Source: Candidatus Helarchaeota archaeon
GTDB lineage: Archaea; Asgardarchaeota; Lokiarchaeia; Helarchaeales; RDOG01
NCBI GenBank assembly: GCA_019058315.1
Contig: JAHPZH010000002.1
Span: forward strand, 753,625 to 817,624
Direction of reading: 5' to 3'
Length of the DNA: 64,000 nucleotides
Part shown: positions 1 through 9,445 of the stretch, piece after piece
How positions within the stretch are numbered: the stretch's first letter is position 1
Layout: every line of letters starts with the position of its first letter
Notes under the pieces: model-generated
What the model was told of the DNA's origin: nothing
The model's database searches: none
What the model saw: only the letters and a program-made list of their open reading frames with translations
Translations under genes and position numbers: made by a program

Positions 1-996
1 GATGCATGTGTAAGCGGCGGTGTTGCACTGCGATTAGGTGTCTTAGCGGTAGCTAGCGGGTTCTACGATACAGTTATATCTGGAGGAGTCGAGAAAATGT
101 GCGATTTGACTACTGCAGGTGTAACAGACACATTGGCTGCTGCATCTGACTTAATTTACGAACTTCCTTATGGTTCGACTTTTCCTGGATTATATGCTAA
201 TGTTGCTACTGCTCACATGGCAAAATTCGAAACAACTGAAGAACAAATGCACCGTGTTGCTATAAAAAATCATAATAACGGTTCGTTAAATCCAAAAGCA
301 CAAATGCCAATAACAATTAAACAGATGATGGAAAAAACTAAGAAGAAATTGGAAGCTAAAGGAAGACCAATACCTGATTGGAAGGATGAAATGGATTATC
401 TAATGGACAAATCCGCAAATCCTATGATCGCATATCCATTAAGACTTAATGATTGTTCATTAGTTACCGATGGAGCTGCGATGTGCATAATTACTACTAA
501 AGAAAAAGCAAAAAAGTGGACCGACACTCCCGTATATATAATTGGATCTGGACAAGGTAGTGACACCCTTGCCTTACATTCCCGCCCTGAGAGATATACT
601 CTAAGGGCTGCTGTTCAGGCTTCTAAAGAAGCTTTTAAAATGGCAGGAGTAGGACCTAAAGATATCCAATGTGCTGAAGTTCATGATTGTTTTACCATAG
701 CTGAACTTGTGGCAATGGAAGATTTAGGATTTTTCCCTAGAGGTGAAGCTGCGCAAGCGGTAGAACAGGGATTAACGGAATTAAATGCTCAATTACCAAT
801 AAATACAAGTGGCGGTCTTAAAAGCAAAGGACATCCAATCGGAGCATCAGGAATTGGACAGATGGTTGAGATATTTAAGCAAATGAGAGGACAAGCCGAA
901 GGTAAAAGACAATTAAAAGATAGACCTGAAATTGCGTTAACACATAATGTTGGAGGCAGTGGTGGTAGTTGTGCCATCCATATTTACAAAGTCTAG
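1..996 (+). CDS. Acetyl-CoA acetyltransferase / thiolase (archaeal type), 5'-truncated by the window edge
   Basis: Frame 1 is open from nt 1 (DACVSGGVALRLGV...), so the gene starts upstream of the window. The C-terminal thiolase signatures GHPIGASG and NVGGSGGSCAIHIY are present. It is followed 8 nt later by a DUF35 partner gene, as in the archaeal thiolase/HMG-CoA synthase/DUF35 complex. Confidence 0.85.
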   Translation, partial: DACVSGGVALRLGVLAVASGFYDTVISGGVEKMCDLTTAGVTDTLAAASDLIYELPYGSTFPGLYANVATAHMAKFETTEEQMHRVAIKNHNNGSLNPKAQMPITIKQMMEKTKKKLEAKGRPIPDWKDEMDYLMDKSANPMIAYPLRLNDCSLVTDGAAMCIITTKEKAKKWTDTPVYIIGSGQGSDTLALHSRPERYTLRAAVQASKEAFKMAGVGPKDIQCAEVHDCFTIAELVAMEDLGFFPRGEAAQAVEQGLTELNAQLPINTSGGLKSKGHPIGASGIGQMVEIFKQMRGQAEGKRQLKDRPEIALTHNVGGSGGSCAIHIYKV

Positions 997-1004
997 GAGG
1001 TTGA

Positions 1005-1451
1005 ATGATGTCTGAAAAACCATTTACTGTGCAAAGTTACATTGATTTTATTAATGAAAAAAAATTAATGGGAACAAAGTGCAAAGATTGTGGAAACATT
1101 GATCTTCCTCCTAAATCGATTTGTTCTAAGTGCTTTAAAGACAATGTAGAATGGATAGAAGTTGAAGGCAAAGGAAAATTAGCTACATTCTCTGCTATTC
1201 ATGTTGGTACTACTTTAATGAATAATAAAGGGTATTCTATGAAAAAACCATATCTATTTGGTACAATTGACCTAGATTGTGGAGTTTCTATCAGTTCACA
1301 TATTAAAGGATTTGATGAATTAAATCCTGAAAAAATAAAATTTGGCACTCGATTAAAAGCAAATTTCGAAGATGGCACGGAAACATTCGTAGATAGAAAG
1401 GGAAATGCTTCTGAAAGACCTAAAGTATTTTTATCTTTCGTTCCTGAATAA
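1005..1451 (+). CDS. DUF35 OB-fold / zinc-ribbon protein, the thiolase-associated scaffold subunit of the archaeal mevalonate-pathway complex
   Basis: A 148-aa protein with a rubredoxin-like zinc ribbon (CKDCGN...CSKC) followed by an OB-fold-like region. A GGAGG Shine-Dalgarno motif lies 5 nt upstream of the ATG. It sits immediately downstream of the thiolase. Confidence 0.7.
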   Translation: MMSEKPFTVQSYIDFINEKKLMGTKCKDCGNIDLPPKSICSKCFKDNVEWIEVEGKGKLATFSAIHVGTTLMNNKGYSMKKPYLFGTIDLDCGVSISSHIKGFDELNPEKIKFGTRLKANFEDGTETFVDRKGNASERPKVFLSFVPE

Positions 1452-1461
1452 TATCTATTTT

Positions 1462-1485
1462 ATTTTTTTCTTTTTCTCTATAAAT
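1462..1485 (+). terminator. Oligo-T tract, a likely archaeal intrinsic terminator after the thiolase-DUF35 operon
   Basis: The T-run tttatttttttctttttctc begins about 10 nt after the TAA stop. Confidence 0.3.
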
Positions 1486-1708
1486 CTTAAATTTTTAAAA
1501 TTAATAGTTGGTTTAAGTTGATTTTTTAAGGTTTTTCAATTTTCTTACTATTTAATCATTTAATATAATAATAATAAAAAATTGAAAAAATCAATAAAGA
1601 ATTAATTTTTAAGATTTAGTAAAATAAAATCTCATTTACAAATTCTACAAAGCCTTCAAATGATTAAATATTGATATAAAGAGAGACATTAATTGGGATA
1701 GTTATAAA

Positions 1709-3385
1709 TTGAATTACAATACTGCTGATATAAAAACGATTGCGGAGCAAATAAAGTGGGCCAAAGAGGAAGGGTATTATACATGTGTATTGATAGGTGC
1801 TGGTGTATCTGTTTCTGCAGGAATTCCAGCTTGCAAGGAATTAGTTGCTGTTATAAGAAAACAATTTCCCCATACTGCAAATTATGCCACAAAACCTAAT
1901 TATTGTGAATTTATGAGTCTCCTATCTCCTTTACAGAGACGAGAATTAATAGGCTCTTTTATAGATAAAGCCAAAATTAATGTAGCGCATTTATATCTTG
2001 GTTCACTCGTCAAAAAAGGATATGTTCATCGAATATTTACAGTTAATTTCGATCCTCTTATTATTCGAAGTTTGGCCTTATTTAATTTATATCCTGCAAT
2101 TTATGATTTTGCAGCTTCCCAGGAATATGTACCTGGTGCAGCAGCTCAACTCTCTGTTTTTTATCTTCATGGACAAAGAGATGGATTTGTTTTATTTCAT
2201 ACCGAAGAAGAAGTGAATAAGCATTCATATAAATTACAGAATGTATTCCATGATGTTAGAAAATGTTGTTGGTTAGTTATTGGCTATTCTGGAGAACAAG
2301 ATCCAGTTTTTGAAAGATTAACAGAAACTAATGTCTTTCATAATAAATTATTTTGGGTAGGATATAAGGGTGAAGAACCTAAACCTCATGTTCTGAAAAA
2401 TGTTTTAACACCCTCGAATAAATACGGATATTATGTAAATGGGTTCACCGCTGATACATTTTTTTTACAACTTGCCAGGGAATTACATTTAGAAAATCCT
2501 GAAATAATTTCAACACCTTTTTCCCATTTGAAAGAATCGATTAAATCTATTAAGGAATTTACAATTGATGAAAAATTGGTAGATCTAACAAAAGAAACAA
2601 AAAAATGGGTTGATGCAGCAATTAGATTCTTTGAAAAAGGCGAAGATATAGAGAAAATTAAAGTTGTTAAAAAGAAACAGCTTGAAGAAGATGAAATTAT
2701 CCGTAAAATTAAAAATATTTTTGTATATGGTAAATATAATCAATTAAATAATGTTAGAGATGAAATTTTATCAAGTGATTCAAAAGAAGCTAAAGAATAT
2801 CTAAGTCTTACTTTAAATAATTGGGGAAATGTTTTTTCAGAACTTGGTGAGAAAAAAAGTGGCGAAGATGCGGAGCGTTATTTAAAATTAGGTATTAAGA
2901 AATACAAACAAGCTTTAGAAATAACACCATATTTCTACCAAACGTTTATTAATTGGGGAGAAACTCTCTCAAAACTTGCTAAATTAAAAAGTGGGGAAGA
3001 GGCTGATAATATATTCAAACAAGCACTTGAAAAATTTGAACATGCCAGTAAATTTAAACCGGATAATTATCAAATACTTACAAAATGGGGATTGGTGTTT
3101 AAAGAGTTCGCAAAGATTAAAAGCGGTGAAGAGGCACAGTATTTACTTGATAATGCTCTGAGAATTTTTGAGAAAGTGGAAAATAAATACAAAGGTATGG
3201 GGAATTATAACATCGCATGTGTCCATTCTATAAAAAGAGAAAAGGAAAAAGCCCTAGAATGGCTTGAAAAATCACTGAAAATGAAATCAGCTCCCTCAAA
3301 TTTGTATATTCAAAGGGATAGTGATTTTGAAAATATTAAAGATAGTGAAGAATTTAAAAAATTGATTAATTCATACTCAAGTTGA
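1709..3385 (+). CDS. SIR2_2-family (sirtuin-like NADase fold) domain fused to C-terminal TPR repeats
   Basis: The N-terminus carries SIR2_2-type motifs: CVLIGAGVSVSAGIP (Rossmann GAGxS), TVNFDPLI, VFYLHGQ and WLVIGYSGEQD. The C-terminal 250 aa are repeated helical pairs (KSGEEA...ALE/FE repeated about 5 times) typical of TPR. The only in-frame start is TTG. Confidence 0.7.
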   Translation: MNYNTADIKTIAEQIKWAKEEGYYTCVLIGAGVSVSAGIPACKELVAVIRKQFPHTANYATKPNYCEFMSLLSPLQRRELIGSFIDKAKINVAHLYLGSLVKKGYVHRIFTVNFDPLIIRSLALFNLYPAIYDFAASQEYVPGAAAQLSVFYLHGQRDGFVLFHTEEEVNKHSYKLQNVFHDVRKCCWLVIGYSGEQDPVFERLTETNVFHNKLFWVGYKGEEPKPHVLKNVLTPSNKYGYYVNGFTADTFFLQLARELHLENPEIISTPFSHLKESIKSIKEFTIDEKLVDLTKETKKWVDAAIRFFEKGEDIEKIKVVKKKQLEEDEIIRKIKNIFVYGKYNQLNNVRDEILSSDSKEAKEYLSLTLNNWGNVFSELGEKKSGEDAERYLKLGIKKYKQALEITPYFYQTFINWGETLSKLAKLKSGEEADNIFKQALEKFEHASKFKPDNYQILTKWGLVFKEFAKIKSGEEAQYLLDNALRIFEKVENKYKGMGNYNIACVHSIKREKEKALEWLEKSLKMKSAPSNLYIQRDSDFENIKDSEEFKKLINSYSS

Positions 3386-3463
3386 AGCACACTAAGAAGA
3401 AAGTATAAAAAAATATCTTAATAGGAAAAGAAAGTAGAAAGGAAAAAAAAGATTAAAAGGATA

Positions 3464-4999
3464 TTATTTCTTTTTGATAATTATTAAAATTAAAATTATC
3501 GTTGCTGCCACCGCTATTAGAATAATTACAATGATTAAACCTGTATCGCTCGGTTGTTGCATAGCCAATAAAGGAATCAAATTTAATTTGCCACCGGGAG
3601 CTCCGGAAGTGGATGTGAAATTCTTGCTATACATTATTTCTGGATCACCTGAACCACCTCCCCATACACCTACCGTCCAGTCTTCCCAAATAACATGTAA
3701 TGTACTATTATTATCTATGGCTAGTTTAGGGCTTAAACTTGAACCATTATTCCAATCGGTATTATCATCTGATATTACAATTCCTTTAGTCCAGCCTGTA
3801 CTAGTTCTTTCTGCATACATTATTTCATTATCAGTTCCCCACGTACCAGGTGTGTTATCAACCCAGACCACATGTAAAGTTCCATTAATACCAACAGCAA
3901 TTTTGGGGCTTGTACTTGTTCCAGTATTCCATAAAGAAATGTCATCAGAAATTACTGTTGCATTGGACCAACCAGAAACTGTGAAATTTGTATACATTAT
4001 TTCTGTATCCGTTCCCCATGCACCATCAGTTTCATCATGCCAAACAACATGGATTACTGAATTGTTATCAATGGCGATATTAGGAAGCCAACTACTTCCA
4101 TCATTCCATTGAGTGTTATCATCTGAAATAACAGTAGCATTAGACCACCAACCTGTAGAAGTGTTTGTATACATAATTTCAATATCATTACCCCATTCAC
4201 CATTTGTGTAATCAACCCAAGCAGCATGGACTATTCCATTCTTATCAACGGTAACAAAGGGATAATCACTTAATTCATTATTCCATCCTGTATTATCATC
4301 AGAAATCACAGTTGCATTTGACCAAACTGATCCAGTACGGTTCGCATACATTATTTCGTAGTCTGAACCCCATTCACCATCGGTATAATCACGCCAAATA
4401 ACATGTATATTTATATTATTATCCACTGCAATGCTAGGAATCATACTACTACCATCATTCCAGCCATAAATATCTGAAATCATCGTCGCATTAGACCAAC
4501 CTGAGGCAGTATGATTTGTATACATAATTTCTGCATCTGATCCCCATGGTCCAACTGTCCCATCATGCCAAACAACATGTAATACTCCATTTTTATCAAT
4601 TGTCATGCTTGGGCTTCTAGATGGACCGTTATTCCACCCAGTGTAATCATCTGAAATTACAGTAGCATTAGACCAGCCTGAAGATGATGTATAATTTGCA
4701 TACATTATTTCAGCATCAGAGCCCCATTCACCATCTGTTAAATCCTCCCATACTACATGTATTGTGCCATTTTCATCTATAACCATATCTTGGTTGTAAC
4801 TTCTATCATCATTCCATCCAGAACTACTATCTGAAATTACAATTGCTTTGGACCAGTCTGATGAAGTTAATATATACAATTCGTTTGTAAATGAAGATAT
4901 AGGACCAATTGACGAATTTGATAGTAATACACCGAATACTGAAGAAAATAATATTTGAGTTGCCATAATAAATATTTTGATCCGCTTCATAACGATCAA
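3464..4999 (-). CDS. Secreted or surface Asp-box (BNR-like) repeat protein with about 8 tandem ~52-aa repeats, N-terminal signal peptide and C-terminal TM anchor
   Basis: The unit WSNATVISDD.TGWNNG.S..P.IA.D.NG.IHVVW.D.TDGEWGSD.EIMY repeats about 8 times. It has a hydrophobic N-terminus. The C-terminus GLIIVIILIAVAATIILILIIIKKK is a TM helix plus a basic tail. A conserved N-A-T sequon occurs in nearly every repeat. Confidence 0.6.
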   Translation of the reverse strand: MIVMKRIKIFIMATQILFSSVFGVLLSNSSIGPISSFTNELYILTSSDWSKAIVISDSSSGWNDDRSYNQDMVIDENGTIHVVWEDLTDGEWGSDAEIMYANYTSSSGWSNATVISDDYTGWNNGPSRSPSMTIDKNGVLHVVWHDGTVGPWGSDAEIMYTNHTASGWSNATMISDIYGWNDGSSMIPSIAVDNNINIHVIWRDYTDGEWGSDYEIMYANRTGSVWSNATVISDDNTGWNNELSDYPFVTVDKNGIVHAAWVDYTNGEWGNDIEIMYTNTSTGWWSNATVISDDNTQWNDGSSWLPNIAIDNNSVIHVVWHDETDGAWGTDTEIMYTNFTVSGWSNATVISDDISLWNTGTSTSPKIAVGINGTLHVVWVDNTPGTWGTDNEIMYAERTSTGWTKGIVISDDNTDWNNGSSLSPKLAIDNNSTLHVIWEDWTVGVWGGGSGDPEIMYSKNFTSTSGAPGGKLNLIPLLAMQQPSDTGLIIVIILIAVAATIILILIIIKKK

Positions 5000-5620
5000 A
5001 CTCCAAAATTTTTTGACTTAAAAAATTTTGAAAAATATTGTAAGTTAATATAAAAATGTAAGTTAATATAAAAATGAGACCTCATATAAATACATGATAA
5101 AAGAAGGCAACAAATTCCCATGAATTCAAGTGTTATGTTTTTTTTACTAAAATTAATACCAATTTTACCACAAAAATGATCAATATTTAATGAATTAGAT
5201 ATTGCTTATAATTAGCATAAAATTAAAAATAATTTTCATGACATGCTGCCTTTTAATATTTATTAATAAATGAAAAAATTCGTTTACTTCTTTTTATTCT
5301 GCTTAAAATTTCAATTTTTCAATTCATTTACTCTGATATATCATTAAATTTATGATTTTACAAAAAAGGTAAATATAGATTAAAAATAATTTAATAACAT
5401 TTCAATGAACTTGTCTACTATTTAAATACTATATTCTTTGAAATTATCATAAATATATCAAAATTTAAATGTGTTAAAAGTTATCTATTTGTCTATAATT
5501 ATATTTAAATTTTTAAACACAAATATGTTTTAAACATAAATAGTGAAAAATCGAAAAATTTTTACATGGTTGGAAACCTTTAAATATCGTCCTTAACTAT
5601 TTCATAAAAGAGGTTATTTT

Positions 5621-6433
5621 ATGGATATGAAAGTCAACAAACAATACAAAAAATTCGATCTTCATATCCACTCTACGTGTAGTAAACACCCGTTTTTTGG
5701 TGTCGACGGGATGTGTCCGCCAAAAGAAATAGTAAAAACGGCGATCAAGAAAGGATTAAATGGTATCGCTGTAACGGACCACGATACTGTGAGGGGAAGT
5801 CTTCTTGTAGCCAAGATTGTTAAAGATTTAAATTATAATCACGATTTTTTAGTAATTCCTGGGGCTGAACTTAGATCTAAGCATGGTGATATTTTAGCGT
5901 TAGGAATTACAGATGAAATAAAAGGAACAAAGAGATTGCCTGCTGTTGAAGTAGTTGAGAAAGTTCAGGACCACGGGGGGCTCGCTATCAAAGCACATTT
6001 GTTCAAAACCAACTTTTTTGGTTCTAAACTAGAAAAATGTACTAAATGGATAAGAAGGATGAATGGCACTAAATTCAATGGTATTGAGACCTACAATGGG
6101 GGAAGTTCCGAAACTGCTAATAATTTAGCGGATTGTTTAGCCACAAAACATAAATATTCTAAGACTGGTGGCAGTGACGCTCACATTTTATCCCATATCG
6201 GCAGCGGTCTTACCATGATCGATGCTGAGTTGACAGTAGATGACGTGCTTGAGGCGATAAGAAAGAAAAAAACTAAAGTCATAGGTGTGCCGTATAATTT
6301 GACTAGACCAATTAAAATCTATTTTTACAAAATGGTACAACTACTCCGGCGAACTATCGGAAAGGGTTTTAATCATTGTCCTAGAAAAACAAATGAATTA
6401 GCTTTCAACATTTTTCATTTAGAAACAAATTAA
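5621..6433 (+). CDS. PHP-domain (polymerase/histidinol-phosphatase-like) metal-dependent phosphoesterase
   Basis: Motifs FDLHIHSTCS, GIAVTDHDT, PGAEL and GGSDAHI match the PHP His/Asp metal ligands. Confidence 0.7.
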   Translation: MDMKVNKQYKKFDLHIHSTCSKHPFFGVDGMCPPKEIVKTAIKKGLNGIAVTDHDTVRGSLLVAKIVKDLNYNHDFLVIPGAELRSKHGDILALGITDEIKGTKRLPAVEVVEKVQDHGGLAIKAHLFKTNFFGSKLEKCTKWIRRMNGTKFNGIETYNGGSSETANNLADCLATKHKYSKTGGSDAHILSHIGSGLTMIDAELTVDDVLEAIRKKKTKVIGVPYNLTRPIKIYFYKMVQLLRRTIGKGFNHCPRKTNELAFNIFHLETN

Positions 6434-6680
6434 AATTAATAATCAGAATTTGTAGATACTTATTTACACACCACTTTTTTTATTATTTAACTCACTTTTT
6501 CCCCTTTTTATTGTCTAATACTCTAATAACATAGATTAAAATGGAATTCTAGATTTCAAATTCATATAATTTTGAATGCAAATTTAAACGACAAAATTAT
6601 ATAAAATGCAAAAGAAAAGAATCATATCGAATATAAAATAAATTAACGAATTTTAAAAATTACAAAAAAAAGGTGAGATT

Positions 6681-7769
6681 ATGGTTATTCGTGACTTTCA
6701 TAAGAAACCAAAATCATTATGTCCACGTTGTGCGACACCAATGGTTGAAAATAAAGATGAAGAAGGAAATATTACGAGTAAATCTTGTCCCGCATGTAAG
6801 TTTTCCACATTAATAGGTCCAAAAAAAGCAATTAAATTCAGAGAGGATGTGGTGGAACAAAAAGTCGAAAAAGTCAAAATGTTTAATGTAATAGGTGATG
6901 CCGTACAAGTAACCCAAAAATTGGAAAGTGATAATGTAGTTCTTGTATGTGATCGCAAAGATAATATAATTTGGGTTTGGAAAGGAAAAAATACTAGCCC
7001 CCGTCTCTATTATGCTGCTGGTACTCAGGCAACAAAATTAAGAACTGCTGAAAAAATGTATGGTGCAAAGATTCAAAACATTGAAGAGGGAGAAGAACCT
7101 CTAAGTTTTTTGGATCTGGTCGGAGAAGATAAAGGAGGTTCAGAAGTACCTTCAACAATGACTGTATATAGAATAGAAGGAGGGGAATTAAAGAAAATAG
7201 ATGAAGCTGTGTTTACAAGCGGTGATGCTTATATTGTGGACTTTATCAATACAATCTATGTTTGGATCGGCAAAAATGCTTCTGTTGACGAAAAATTCAC
7301 AGGTGCTCATGTTGCAACAATGATAGATGCTGTGAGAAGTGGCACTCCTAAAATCATAACTGTCGATCAAGGTTCAGAACCGTTGGATTTTAAGGCAAAA
7401 GTGGGTATCATTAAAATTGTTGAAAAGGACGTTGCAGAATCAATGTTAAGTCATTATGAAAAACCAGTTCATGAGCCTATCCTGTTCAGGGTCTCATCAG
7501 AGGAATATGAAACAATAAATGATATTCAATATATTCAAGTGCCATTGTCAAAAGATAGCCTTGATAGTGAAGATGTCTTTTTACTCGATGATAGGACTAA
7601 TGATAAATGTTATATATGGGTAGGTAAAGATGCTACGGTAAAAGAAAAGGTTGTTGCAGGACAAATTTCGAGGAAATTTGATGTTGAACGTGCTGGGGTT
7701 CAATATGAAATATTCATAGAAGAAGGAGACGAGCCAGAGGACTTTAAGAATATTCTAGGAATGGAATAA
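6681..7769 (+). CDS. Asgard-type three-domain gelsolin with N-terminal C4 zinc ribbon
   Basis: CPRC..(21)..CPAC is followed by three gelsolin-fold repeats. Each repeat has the hallmark LD/CD...IYVWIG/VWKGK..AS..EK core: VVLVCDRKDNIIWVWKGKNTS, AYIVDFINTIYVWIGKNASVDEK and VFLLDDRTNDKCYIWVGKDATVKEK. Confidence 0.75.
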   Translation: MVIRDFHKKPKSLCPRCATPMVENKDEEGNITSKSCPACKFSTLIGPKKAIKFREDVVEQKVEKVKMFNVIGDAVQVTQKLESDNVVLVCDRKDNIIWVWKGKNTSPRLYYAAGTQATKLRTAEKMYGAKIQNIEEGEEPLSFLDLVGEDKGGSEVPSTMTVYRIEGGELKKIDEAVFTSGDAYIVDFINTIYVWIGKNASVDEKFTGAHVATMIDAVRSGTPKIITVDQGSEPLDFKAKVGIIKIVEKDVAESMLSHYEKPVHEPILFRVSSEEYETINDIQYIQVPLSKDSLDSEDVFLLDDRTNDKCYIWVGKDATVKEKVVAGQISRKFDVERAGVQYEIFIEEGDEPEDFKNILGME

Positions 7770-7825
7770 TTAGTTCTAAAAATATTTTTAATTTTATTTC
7801 TTTTTTATGAAATGAGAAAAATCTT

Positions 7826-9136
7826 TTATGTTATAGCTTTTTTAATTCTTTTAATTTTTCGTTTCTTAATTTTTTTAACTTTTTTAACTTTTTTCTTTTC
7901 TCGCCAATCTTCAGGACGCATGAATTTAGTTTCAAGTCCATGTCCCATAGAAATTATGTCTTCTTTTCTTACTTCTCGATCAAAATTTTGGTCTATATCG
8001 AAAAGTATTCCTCTTAGGCATTCATCTATTGATAAATCTAATTCTTGGTAATTAAACCTCGGACCTGGAGGATATTCATTTATGAGTTTTACCCATTTTT
8101 TTGTTACTGGGTCATATTTTGGTGGAGTTGATAATATTGTTTGACGGGGAAGTGGGATGCCTCCATTATGTACGAATCCCCAAGCAAGTCGTTTATTAAT
8201 CACTTCCCAAATTTCATAACTGTGTTTTTTCAGAGAATCTAAAATTTCCTTCTCAATATGATTGACATAAAATAAATTATTAATAATCATTCCTGCAATT
8301 TTTTCACAAAAATCGCCTCGAGTAAGTCCGAACATGGTATTTAAAATTGGGGGCCAAGGCTCGTAACCCATTCCAGGTTCTTCTAACCCATATACAGACT
8401 TGGCAGTAACACCATCATAAATCCTCGCTATAGACTCCCAATTTGATAATTCATATGCCTCTGTAAATGTTGTATAAAAAACAGCTATGGAATATGCACT
8501 ATGGGCCCATTGAGGTGTACGTTCATTTCGATAATCAAGCATAATATCTCGTAAGCGTTTAGCGCACTCGCCCCAATCATGTATTCTCTGAGGGATTTCT
8601 TTTAATTGATAACCCAACTTCATATGACGGCGATTTAAAATATCTTGTTCGTCTTCTGTTATATACCACCAATCTGCAGGCAGCCCCTCCTCATAGTGAA
8701 TGGACATAACATGAACTACTTCTCGTGTATAATCATCTAATCCCATAAATGTAATATCTGTTGAAGGTCCGTATATCATCTTTGTAGCAAGTCTTTGTAA
8801 ATCTGCCCGGATGGTTAAAACGGGTGGAAATCCGTAATATGTAATTGTTTCGTTCGGTCTTTCTAATTTTCCATCAGCATAGGCTTTTGCGACTTCGATA
8901 GCTTCTTCAAATCTAACCTCAATTATTTCTTGAGCATAAGTTGTAATATCATTTGCAAGAGCTTCATATTGTTCCCAGCTATCTAAGAATCTCAGAAATT
9001 CAATTGCGTTTCCACCGAGTGGGATATACTTTTTACTGTGCAATTCATCGGGTATATCTTTCCATACTTCTGAAACAGAACGGAGTTTTATTTCAGATAC
9101 ATCAATTTCATCTGGCAAGGGTAATCCCATATTCAT
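7826..9136 (-). CDS. Conserved hypothetical protein with a polybasic C-terminal tail
   Basis: A 436-aa ORF with no recognisable catalytic motif. The last 30 aa are KKKVKKVKKIKKRKIKRIKK. It is convergent with the gelsolin gene. Confidence 0.4.
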   Translation of the reverse strand: MNMGLPLPDEIDVSEIKLRSVSEVWKDIPDELHSKKYIPLGGNAIEFLRFLDSWEQYEALANDITTYAQEIIEVRFEEAIEVAKAYADGKLERPNETITYYGFPPVLTIRADLQRLATKMIYGPSTDITFMGLDDYTREVVHVMSIHYEEGLPADWWYITEDEQDILNRRHMKLGYQLKEIPQRIHDWGECAKRLRDIMLDYRNERTPQWAHSAYSIAVFYTTFTEAYELSNWESIARIYDGVTAKSVYGLEEPGMGYEPWPPILNTMFGLTRGDFCEKIAGMIINNLFYVNHIEKEILDSLKKHSYEIWEVINKRLAWGFVHNGGIPLPRQTILSTPPKYDPVTKKWVKLINEYPPGPRFNYQELDLSIDECLRGILFDIDQNFDREVRKEDIISMGHGLETKFMRPEDWREKKKVKKVKKIKKRKIKRIKKAIT

Positions 9137-9193
9137 GGATGATTAGCTTATAATTGAATTGTAAAGGTTTTCTTATTTAAAACTTTTCTAAAA

Positions 9194-9262
9194 TACTAAA
9201 TATTAGACAATTTGAAAATGAATAAATTTAAAATCTGATGAAATAAATTAGTTTTAACTCTA
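9194..9262 (+). promoter_or_regulatory. Conserved ~70-nt leader element, copy A, containing the mini-ORF ATG AAT AAA TTT AAA ATC TGA at 9218..9238
   Basis: It is about 88% identical to 11248..11317. Both copies lie about 22 nt downstream of a TTTAAAA TATA-like box. Confidence 0.5.
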
Positions 9263-9445
9263 AAATTTTATTGAACTAATAAAAGGAATCCTATTTTTAA
9301 AAGTCTTCTCGACATATCATTAAATTTTTTTTAAAACAATTAGGATCGTTAAATTATAATTTATCGCATCAATTATTATCTATATAAATTGGAATCACTA
9401 TATAATTTGTAAATGTAATATCGTTAATTCAAAATCAAACAAAAT

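Noticed and set aside
789-977. Antisense ORF inside the thiolase gene. The same applies to 1998..2216, 3474..4112, 6698..6958, 7188..7370, 7812..8051, 8953..9153, 11449..11682, 12229..12541, 14740..15390, 25174..25410, 27833..28024, 29500..29697, 30645..30941, 31705..32114, 32799..33053, 33781..34388, 37393..38169, 39352..39561, 40219..41103, 42400..42603, 43897..44151, 45137..45373, 45654..45866, 46394..46624, 47067..47249, 48504..48802, 53459..53755, 54686..55265, 58572..58904, 59904..60380, 61892..62153 and 62348..62557.
   Set aside because: Each is fully nested in, or antisense to, a long ORF that has a strong domain signature. They have low-complexity or hydrophobic composition typical of AT-rich out-of-frame reading and no Shine-Dalgarno or start context.
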